Shown here: positions 9,225 to 18,492 of the stretch, in pieces
Position numbering within the stretch: the stretch's first letter is position 1
How the letters are laid out: each line of letters opens with the position of its first letter
NCBI GenBank assembly: GCA_002269645.1
Contig: NIVC01003551.1
Coordinates: forward strand, 38,309 to 91,723
DNA: 53,415 nucleotides
Origin: Macrostomum lignano
Taxonomy: Eukaryota
Reading direction: 5' to 3'
Made by a program: the position numbers and the translations under genes
The notes under the pieces: model-generated
Told to the model about the DNA's origin: nothing
Databases searched by the model: none
Seen by the model: the letters and a program-made list of their open reading frames with translations, nothing else

Positions 9225-9335
9225 GCTTGTCAAACACTGCGTTTTCCACATGATTGGGTTGTTAATTGAACTTGGTGAATTTAGATAAGCGGCCGAGAAT
9301 CCAAATTTTCTTATTTTAGTTTGCTGTCTGAACAA
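9084..9335 (-). CDS. Truncated or degraded paralog of the 8379-8891 C-terminus
   Basis: NFWFPKHKRIRPTKHELPTTLSKDFNTPPTP vs NFWLPKHKRNRPPKLELPATWSKDFSTPPTP. Confidence 0.4.
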   Translation of the reverse strand: MFRQQTKIRKFGFSAAYLNSPSSINNPIMWKTQCLTSNFWFPKHKRIRPTKHELPTTLSKDFNTPPTPTPKIGTKVSFFWNPR

Positions 9336-9496
9336 AGTTGGTTTGGCATCTTGTTAAACGAGAATATTTCATGCATAGAAGTTTGTGTTTTCAGACCTTG
9401 ATGACGTGTCTGGCTATAAAGTTAGCATTGTGGCTCGACCGGGTTGTTGCGTAACACTGCTGCAGGTAGCTATAGCGGCCAGCGCAGGGCAGAGGG

Positions 9497-9813
9497 GTGG
9501 ACAGCGGCGATTTACTGGCTGACTGACTCATCATGCCTCCGCGTGGGGCCGCCAATTAATTGTGGGGGTCAAAGAATATTTTCTTGGATGGGTGGGCGCT
9601 ACAATTCTGTGCGTACACGAAGTTTGGTATATAAACAGCTATGGGGTGGGCGGGCGCTACAATTCTGCGCGTACACCAATTTTGGGATGGACAGTAAATA
9701 TGGACAAGTAATAATATGGACCGTTATGGGGTGGGTAGGCGCTCTAATTCTGCCAATTTTGGGTATATGGACAGTTAATATGGACAGTTAATTCTGCGTA
9801 CACCAATGCTGCA
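9497..9813 (-). repeat. Right terminal inverted repeat (fewer subrepeats than the left)
   Basis: Reverse-complement match to 3-482 with internal units missing. Confidence 0.92.
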
Positions 9814-10319
9814 TTGTGTGGGGATGGGGGCGCGCGCGCGCTTCTGCGTACAACAACTGCGATGCGCTAATTATGCGTACTATATTGTACTCGTCGCTGC
9901 TGTACGATACAGTGTACACTGATTACATGTATAGATTTTACATGAGAGCATAAATGTCTCACATAATGACTCTGGACCAATTAGAATCGGTCTAATGTAT
10001 TTAGATAGGCGTTGAATTTGCATTGGCTCTGACACCCACCTCACCTCCAAAACCCAGCAGAATCTGCACGATACGTAGTGTAGTTATATATTGCTTAAAA
10101 TTAGCTGGCTCAAGCTCGGAACTATACTGTACTGGATGTTTAAGTTCAAAATGCGATTCAAATCGTCCTTATGTTTATTCAAATTCGCGATACTGCGGTC
10201 AGGTCCAGAAAGTTGCGCTTTGTTCATTTCTTATGTCAAAACAAATTTAAGAACACTGGTGGATCCAAGGCGTCAAGAAGGTGATCGGCTGACTCCACCC
10301 ACACGAAAAAATTAGGGGG

Positions 10320-11760
10320 TCATGACCTCCGGGAAAAATCGTGGACCCGACACTGGTTCTCGCGATCCTGGTCCCGATCTTTCCTCTCCTAGCTTTATAG
10401 CTATGGCCCTTGCAGACGATCTGAAGCCTTTTTGGGATATCCGCACCCAAAAATCGGTGCTTGAAATTCTGCATGCGAGGCACACTGGCATCGTGAAAAT
10501 GGATCTGAAGGCTAAGGACTGTTTCTACTGGCCAGCGTGGAGGTATGGCTAGTGAATTTGAATCGTGCTGGCCAGCGTGGAGTAGGTGGCTAGTGAATTT
10601 GAATCGTGCTGGCCAGCGTGGAGTAGGTGGCTAGTGAATTTGAATCGTGCTGGCCAGCGTGGAGTAGGTGGCTAGTGAATTTGAATCGTGCTGGCCAGCG
10701 TGGAGGTATGGCTAGTGAATTTGAATCGTGCTGGCCAGCGTGGAGGTAGGTGGCTAGTGAATTTGAATCGTGCTGGCCAGCGTGGAGGTAGGTGGCTAGT
10801 GAATTTGAATCGTGCTGGCCAGCGTGGAGGTATGGCTAGTGAATTTGAATCGTGCTGGCCAGCGTGGAGGTATGGCTAGTGAATTTGAATCGTGCTGGCC
10901 AGCGTGGAGGTAGGTGGCTAGTGAATTTGAATCGTGCTGGCCAGCGTGGAGGTATGGCTAGTGAATTTGAATCGTGCTGGCCAGCGTGGAGGTATGGCTA
11001 GTGAATTTGAATCGTGCTGGCCAGCGTGGAGTAGGTGGCTAGTGAATTTGAATCGTGCTGGCCAGCGTGGAGTAGGTGGCTAGTGAATTTGAATCGTGCT
11101 GGCCAGCGTGGAGTAGGTGGCTAGTGAATTTGAATCGTGCTGGCCAGCGGAATATGAGGACTCAGTGCAAAGAACCGTTGATGGCTGTGGATAGGCCGAA
11201 TTTTCAGTTCAAAATTTGTTTGACGAATCTGTTTGAGTTCACTGGTGGGTCCTACTAAATTGGTGTACGTTGGCTCCTACAGCCGCTGGATGAGTGTCAC
11301 ACGGATGAGATCAACTACTAGCTTGGCTGTGGCGAATGTCATACGGGAAAATTTTCAAAACTTTGGAGCGCCAGAGAAGCTGCTAGTCAGTGATGGAGGT
11401 CCGCAGTTTTCTGCTCGGGAGTTTCGACAGAAAATGGCTGAGTTCAAGGTGGAACACAGAATTTCAAAGTCCAGCGTAGCCAAAAGCATGCTGAAGAAAT
11501 TCTCCGAGACAGGCCAAAGTCTGGAGCTGGCATTTGCTTCACTACCGCAACGCACCAGTCGGCAGCGGCTTTCCAAGCCCGGCGAAGATGGCTCTCGACC
11601 GTATGCTTCATAGTGACCTGCCAGGGACTGTCAAGGACCCGCGACCAAAGGAAACTCGTATTCACTCCAGCATTGAGGCTTTTGTAAGAAAGTGCGGTAG
11701 AGCAGCGCAGCTGTACAATCGTGGAGCTCGACAGTTGCGGAAACTATCGGCTGATGATCT
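10320..11760 (+). pseudogene. Decayed Ty3/Gypsy-type integrase fragment
   Basis: LHARHTGIVKM...AKDCFYWP (zinc-binding region), then CKEPLM, LFEF, YSRW, FGAPEKLVSDGGPQFSAREF, HYRNAP...SPA, spread over shifting frames. Confidence 0.85.
10528..11149 (+). repeat. Minisatellite, ~15 copies of a 40-43 bp unit
   Basis: Unit CTGGCCAGCGTGGAG(G)TA(GG)TGGCTAGTGAATTTGAATCGTG, head-to-tail. Confidence 0.97.
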
Positions 11761-12988
11761 GGTACATCAGACAGAAAGCAGAGAAAGCTTTTAAATGGTA
11801 TATCATACATGTATATATATTCGGCAGAGTTTGATTCGTCATGTTCTGTGAATTTATATCTGGAAGAAGTTCGGTTCGGATCAGAATTATAATGCAAAGA
11901 TGCGACGAGTAAGTAACGTCACAAAATAGGTTGTTTGCTAGCCAAGAGGTGACACTGGTTGTGCAGTGGACGACTAACGAGTGCTTTGCGGCTGTCTCAC
12001 TGTCAATCTCTTGGTACGCGCGTCTGCGGCGCCTAATTTGTTTTCTTTCACCGTTTACTTTCTGAATAGCTTTGTAAATCTAGATACTGTCAACTTCTTT
12101 CTCACGCAGTCCAGACTCATCTCTTCATCATTTTTTTCTTCACTCGCGCAGCCAAAATAAGCCGTACAGACTTTGGTCTACAGAGTAGTGCAAGGTCTAC
12201 AGTTAGGCTACCATCTCAAGTGCAAATTAGCGATGTAGCTTAGCAGAATAATGTGCGCGCAAGTCTGATGGCTGCATGTGAAGGTAATTCTGCAAGTCTA
12301 TCCATTCTTCCACCCTGCCGCAGACGCCCAAAGAGTCCTGAAAAGGTCTAACAACGGGCCGCATTTTCAAGTAACTCATCGTCCAAGCCCACAATTTATT
12401 TGACTTGGAGCCAATGATCTTCGTCTCCATTTTCTCTGCCCCACCTAAGAAAACCAGATTCAGCTCAGCCCCCAGCTAATTGCGCAGTTTTTACACTTTG
12501 CTTGGATTGAAGCGCGAGCTTTTTTCTCTTTCTTTTGTACTCTGCATTCGCTGATCCAGTCAGACTGCTCTTTCGGGCCACGAAGGCGGGCAAAAACACT
12601 AGGCATAAAAGTAGGAAGACGGTGTGCAAACAGCTGGGTCTGAGTCAACAAGATTCCTTGACGCTTGTCACGAAAAACGCCAAGTCGCAAATAGCAAGTG
12701 AGAATCTTCTGCGGAATCGCTTATAAATACCTAAATACTTGAGTGTTGGAGCACTTGAGTTTAGTCGTATACCTGCTTCTTTGGAGTTGCTCTGATTATT
12801 AAGTTTCTATGCTCTGAAAGCAGCCGAGCAGAAGCAGGAAAGGAAGTGAAAAAAGATACAGATCAAAGCTCGGTGGTCGTGCCGGCATGGTCTGATACAA
12901 GACCCCGCATGCACCAGCTCAAGAGCGCCAGCTGAGCGAGACATAAGCCACAGCGAGGAGAGACGCAACTGAGATACGCAGGTGAAAA

Positions 12989-14248
12989 ATGTTAAAGCTG
13001 CGACGCTCGCGAGGAAAGGAGCGCGAGGTAAAACCGGCCAGCGACGATGAGGTGCCAATCAAGCCGGCTGCAGAAGACCCAATGCATCAGCAGCAGAAGA
13101 AAGGCAAGAAGCAGCCAGCCATTGTCAGCTTCTTCAAACGGATCAAGCTGCGCCGACGGCTGTTTGCGCGCAGTCGCAGTCGAAGCCGCAGCCGCGACCG
13201 TCGACGTCAGAACTCGCCGTTGCGAAAGCGCAGCGACAACGAAGGCACTGATGAAGACGTCGCGGACGGCAGCGGCTCACCGGGCGCCTACGACATCTGC
13301 CCGCTGCCACCACCGGGCCGGAAACTCCGCAGCGCCTCAGCCTTCACCTCCGTCCGGCTCAACGCCTGGACCAGCCCCTACGATTTTGCCGTTCAAACCG
13401 ACCGCCTGCTGGTCCCTGGCCTGGACGTGGCCGAGTTCTCCCTGGCCCAGCCTTGCCGGACGCAGGGCGACGCCAGTAGCTGGCCAGCCAGCCTGGGCCA
13501 CCGCGCGCCGCTGTGCATCGATGCGACTCCGGGTCTCATCTACCTCACCGCTATTAGCACCTCCGGCCGCTGCGGTCTCTTCGTCTTCGATAGGGCTGGC
13601 CGGCTGGCCGCCTCCCGGCTGGAGGCTTCAACTCGTCGGCAACGAAGTGACGGAGGAGCGACGGCGCATCCGTCCAGACCGGGTATGTTCGCCGTGCGAG
13701 TCAACTTCCGTGGCGAGTGCTGGGTGACGAACCCGCGCCAACTGACCGTGGACCACTACACGCCGGCGCCGGCACTGAAGCGGATTCGCAGCATCGACGT
13801 TGCCAGGTTCGGCGTGCCCTACTACCTCGCCGTGCCCGGCCACCGCCTGACCTGCCTGTGGGTCTCGTTCCCCGAGACCCGCCGCGTGGTGAAGTTCGAC
13901 TGGCTGACCCTGGAGCCGCTCTGCCACCTCAGCTACCCGGCTGGTCAGTCGCCGTGCGGTCTTCATCTCGATGAGCGTTTTGACCAGCTGTACGTCACGG
14001 ACATCGGGACGGGTCACGTGCTGGTGTACCGAGCGGGCAGCATGGGCCTGGCCGTCGCTTGCACTCGTGCAGCGAACGCGGTGTTGACCGCGGCCAGCGG
14101 TGGCGGCGGCTTGACAGGCCAACGGCCTGCAGCGGTGCGTCTAGTCAGCAAAGGGTCCCGCGCGCTGCTGCTGCTGCTGAGGTGCCCGGCGGCCACCGAC
14201 TGCCGGGTAGACGCGTACACTGTGGCGTTTGAAGATGACGTTGACTGA
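12989..14248 (+). CDS. Intronless NHL-repeat / beta-propeller protein with basic N-terminal extension
   Basis: 419-aa GC-rich ORF with ATG. Blade-like motifs PGMFAVRVNFRGECWVTN, PYYLAV...LWVSFPETRRVVKFD, PCGLHLDERFDQLYVTDIGTGHVLVY. Confidence 0.75.
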   Translation: MLKLRRSRGKEREVKPASDDEVPIKPAAEDPMHQQQKKGKKQPAIVSFFKRIKLRRRLFARSRSRSRSRDRRRQNSPLRKRSDNEGTDEDVADGSGSPGAYDICPLPPPGRKLRSASAFTSVRLNAWTSPYDFAVQTDRLLVPGLDVAEFSLAQPCRTQGDASSWPASLGHRAPLCIDATPGLIYLTAISTSGRCGLFVFDRAGRLAASRLEASTRRQRSDGGATAHPSRPGMFAVRVNFRGECWVTNPRQLTVDHYTPAPALKRIRSIDVARFGVPYYLAVPGHRLTCLWVSFPETRRVVKFDWLTLEPLCHLSYPAGQSPCGLHLDERFDQLYVTDIGTGHVLVYRAGSMGLAVACTRAANAVLTAASGGGGLTGQRPAAVRLVSKGSRALLLLLRCPAATDCRVDAYTVAFEDDVD

Positions 14249-15128
14249 CCAGTCGAGCTGGCAAGCCGAAGCTGAATTCAGTGACTCCAGTTCAGATACG
14301 CTTTCCTCATATTCCACGCTCATATTCCAGCTGGAGTGAATTGTATGAAAACTAATGACTACATGTACTTGGACTACAGTATTCAGAACATGTCTACTCA
14401 CGCGTTTTGTGATTTGCTGTACAAAAAGGCTACAGTATTCTCGCAGTTCAATTTCCACTGGCCATTACTTAGTCCTGTATTGGACATTGGTTGCGAATTT
14501 AACCAAACAACCTCTCATTACACCTTGATGCTCGTCACAGCGAAGAAAGACGATTTCTCATGCACTTAAGTGTTTTTTTTGCTACTCGCACTTGCTGACG
14601 ACTTTGTTGCGAAGGTTTACTTTGATTTGGGGGTGGGGGTGTGTATTTGTAGATGACAAGTATACTGCAACTTGTGTAAGCTATGCATTCATATAATTTA
14701 GGAAATTCGGTGTCAACAAAAATCTGTATGGTGCGCTAGGATGCCACCACGGGGCATCATTTGCTTCTGAGACGTCCTTGGCAGGCGACTGGATTTCAAC
14801 AGGCGTCAAGGTCGATTCCATCTTGGTCAAGAGACAGCTCCGGAAATTCTTCAGATGCAGCTGGTGGATGTTCGTTAAAATGTCAGCTCAAACACATTTG
14901 ACCACCTACGCCTTGAATTTGAAAATATCGTGATGATATCGTAAACACCATAGACATAACTTAGCAAATTTTTCACTGCGCGTTGCTTTTTTGAATTGCG
15001 CAAGTCCAACTCATTAGACTAACTTTCCTAATTTGCATAGTTATTTCGCTTGAGTCTGTGTGATAAGTGGGAAAGCGAATGTGAATTTCTGAGCAAACGC
15101 ACTACTTTTCCTGGTGCAGTTGTATCAA

Positions 15129-16101
15129 ATGCTGCTCAGGTCTGCTCAGCTTCGAATCTGCATTGTCATCTGTTCGGCTGTGCTATTCACCTGCTCAGAT
15201 TCCTGCATTATGAGACCCTGTGAGTCATCTTTTCTGCCTCTTGTTGTGCACAGAATTGCTTTGATTCGCATCTCTGCTTATTTTCAGCTTATTCGATTTA
15301 AATTCGGCTTATCTCAGTCTACTATAACCTCAGCTCACTGAATCTTATTCCGTTACATTCATGTAGATTTGAGTTCAAGCTGCCTTAAAATAAGTTGAAA
15401 AATTGAAAAAATTAACTTCGAATCTTAGAAGAGCCAGTTTTATCCTTCTTATAAAACTAATTTTACAGAAATATAAAGTCTAAAAGTGCCACGCGTAAGA
15501 CACTGAGGAAAACATAGCAGAATGACCTGGAAACTTGGTTTCTTAGAGAAGCCTTTACACAATATATAAAAAGATCACTGATAGTTTTGCTTTCTCTGAA
15601 AGAATAATGCAATCATATTGTATTAAATCTGATGTGGCGCATATTGGCTTCCACTCTCGGCAATGTATTTTTCGCGTTGAAAGTTCTATGTTGGATTGTC
15701 GATCGATCCATGAGCATCGCATCCTCCAATTGCCATTTGTTGAAACTTCAGTTAAGAAGAAGAAAGTTGACGAGTTCATCAACACGAAAGTGGTGCCCAC
15801 TCGTGCCGTGGCCACTCTGCTCGGCTGCTTTGTCTCGGGCAGCGAGGTCCGCGACCTGCCCGTATTTGCCGGCTCTTTTGACGCGAACAGTCCCAACAAT
15901 TGCAACGACAGGTGTCACGCCAAGCTGAAAAAGTACTTTGGGCTGCACAATGGCAAGGAGTGCTGGTGCGGGGACAGCTACGGGAACATCTCGCCGAACC
16001 CCGCGACATTGGTCAACTGCTACATGCCCTGCCCGGGCAATAGCAAGGAGAAGTGCGGCGGTCCGAAGCACAACTCGGTGTACAATGTTTCGAATTACTG
16101 A
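15129..16101 (+). CDS. Small secreted WSC-domain protein; exons 15129-15219 and 15752-16101
   Basis: Signal-peptide exon MLLRSAQLRICIVICSAVLFTCS with GTGAGT donor; phase-1 compatible acceptor CTTCAG at 15751; WSC pattern LGCF...NCNDRC...YFGLHNGKECWCG...CYMPCPGNSKEKCGG...NSVY. Confidence 0.8.
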
Positions 16102-16653
16102 CACAACCAGGACGGACTTTGCTTGCCTATATTAGGCGTCAGTTATAGGCCTTCTTCTGTACCGGTGTATGCAAAATACTGGCACTGCATGGGCTCCAGA
16201 CAACCCCCGAGCTTAATTAGGCTAGCTGAGTTGTGTTCTATTTTTTTTTACAACTGCAAGTGATATTTGGAAAGTGAGAAATAGATATCGTATAAATAAT
16301 ATAATATTAGTACACAGCAGTCTCTAGTAGGTTTTGTGACTTGCACGGCAGACAGATTCTGGGTCTGTTATTACAAAAAAGGTTTTCCATCCGTGGTAGG
16401 CAGAGTTTTTTTGTAAATAAGGCTTGAATGGGTTGGGGTTGGCCAGCACAGCCTGCGTACACCCGAATGTACATGCCAATGTACGCAGGGGCAAGACCAA
16501 ACGAATCAGCCAATCACACAATGGCCTGGGTGGCGCTTCAGCTTGGCTAGGGCGATAAAAACTCATTGCGGGCTTCAATAAAAAAATTGACAGCCAATTT
16601 CGTGCTTCGCTCAAAAGCTGGAGAAGCTAAAATTAGATTTTAATTCACAGAAT

Positions 16654-17043
16654 ATGCAGCCAGACAGTCGGCGCGGTCAGCAGGAAAGCGGCACTCATCA
16701 GAACCGCCGCGGCGCTAGCGGCATCTCGCGACATTCGCGCAAGCAGCTCGGCAGCAGCGACGCCAGGAGTCCCCGCGCTCCTGCTTCGCCGCGACTATCC
16801 AAACAGCGACTGCGGCTGATTGTGAGCGAGATTGTCGCCCTGCGCGAGTACAAGCAGCAGCTGACTGAGAGGCTCGCCCTGGCCAAGGAACTGAATCAGA
16901 CAGTCGCGTGCGACCGGCTCGCGTGCAGCCTGGACAGTGTGCGGGCCCTTCTGCAGCTGTTCTTCCGATACTACTGCCAGCGGAGCGGCCGCGATGGAGC
17001 AGCAATGTCTGACCTGGCCGAGATAACCGACGCGCGGCGATGA
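16654..17043 (+). CDS. Hypothetical coiled-coil protein or exon
   Basis: GC-rich 129-aa ORF in AT-rich flanks, preceded by a TTCACAG acceptor-like site; helical LREYKQQLTERLALAKEL. No family recognised. Confidence 0.5.
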   Translation: MQPDSRRGQQESGTHQNRRGASGISRHSRKQLGSSDARSPRAPASPRLSKQRLRLIVSEIVALREYKQQLTERLALAKELNQTVACDRLACSLDSVRALLQLFFRYYCQRSGRDGAAMSDLAEITDARR

Positions 17044-18229
17044 TAAGTTCAAAATGTTGTTAACGTTGCATTCAAATGCGCGCCAAAAGTCGTGAAGTCT
17101 TGAACAAGGATTTTCCGGTATTTTTTAAGCGAATTACTTCACGTTTAGGATTTTGAATTATAAAATAATTCTAAAACTATTAAAAAGTAACCATCTTTGC
17201 AGGAAGGAGCAATGACTTTTGACTCTCTCACAACCTCACAACCACTGGCAGCTGCACAAGTGAAAGATTGCTCAAATTAATGTACTCTGGTTCAGACTTG
17301 ATTTGGCTTGAGCAATCTTTGGCTGGCAGAGCTGCTAGCGGAAATTGTGAGCCAGCCTTGAGTATATCTGTAGCTGCATGAACTTTTAATTAATAGTAAG
17401 ATATCTGCATCTATTTAACCTGTTTTAGCTGTTGTTTCTCTGTACAGATTTGGATGCTAAAGTCCTGCAGCTAGCCAATGCAATTTAGAGGCAGAACTCT
17501 GTCGCTTTCACTTTGGACAGTGAAATGTCACAAAAACTTTCACAAACCGTGTTAAAATTTAAATTGGCCTATCCATGGCTTCTCTCATAAACTGTACATA
17601 AACTAATATTGATGCTATGTGCAGTTCTCGATTAATTTAGCTTTTAGCATTTCAATTTTATTCCATTCACTTTGCTTTGGTGGCTCAACTGCGAATGGCA
17701 TGTCAAAGCGGTCATTCGCAGAGAGGTCATCCGGTGCGTGTAAAAATATCATTTTATCACTTTGCATTTTATCTCCCTGTGTGACAAGACTCAGCGCTGG
17801 ACTCGAGCTGAGTTCCAAGTAAGCTGCCAGCCTATATTTTATCTGTAAACTGTTTTTAGCCTTTGTTACTCAATCTAGATCGATATAATTAATAATCGAA
17901 TTCATTTGCTCAACCAGTGTCATTGTCCTGTTGTTGTGCGCCACACCTCGGGGGTGTTGGCTTTCAGATATCAAGAGCGTTAACAATTATTGTTTTCAGC
18001 GTTGCAGCAATAATAAATTGATTAAGTGTGTTGGATTGCAGCTCTTAATTCTTTCAGCAGTGCCTTTCTTTATTCCATTGATCAATTGTGGACTGCATGG
18101 CCAGCAGAACCTGACTAATGATAAATGTCAGTGTGAAAGGACATTCAAGAAAGCATCTTGTGTAGGGTATTCGTAATTTACTTTTACTTTGGGGGGGGGG
18201 GCTCTGGAAAACCAGATGCAGGGGGGAGG

Positions 18230-18446
18230 CGTCGCCGTCCATTCCGCTAACTGGTGCTGCGTTATCGCGCAGGGAGATCCGGTGGTGCGGGTGTCCGCAG
18301 CGCAGTGCCCCTCGGGAGAGTCCAGGAGTTGGACAGTCGCTCGCCCGGTAGCCCTTAGGTAGCGGACGAGCTGGCAGTAATTATCGGGCCTGAAAACATC
18401 GGAGAGGTCCGGGTTGGGGCCGACGTAGGTGAGCCTGTCCTGAGTA
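18230..18446 (-). CDS. Possible isolated exon of an unidentified gene
   Basis: GC-rich open frame ([32 protein letters not shown]...) after a TTTTTACTCAG acceptor. Flanking exons not identified. Confidence 0.3.
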
Positions 18447-18492
18447 AAAATAAACATTCTGGATTTGATCCATGGCTAGAGAGGGTCGTGGC

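Larger units (their letters stand above)
1..9813 (-). mobile_element. Polinton/Maverick (adintovirus-like) integrated element, ~9.8 kb, lacking pPolB
   Basis: Inverted repeats at both ends enclose ATPase, protease, MCP, penton and RVE integrase, all on the minus strand. The left end is cut by the window. TIR-like motifs (GCGCGCGC, TGCGTACAACAA) continue to ~9860, so the true right end may be further out. Confidence 0.93.

Noticed and set aside
8260-9500. Remnant of pPolB or a helicase in the element's variable region
   Set aside because: No exonuclease, polymerase (DxxSLYP, YGDTDS) or Walker motifs seen in the ORFs of this interval.
9813-9930. Exact element terminus and 6-bp TSD
   Set aside because: TIR-like motifs fade gradually, no clear terminal (AGT)n/(AG)n-type motif, and the left flank is outside the window.
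10528-11149. CRISPR-like array
   Set aside because: Units are head-to-tail with no unique spacers, no cas genes, and the context is eukaryotic.
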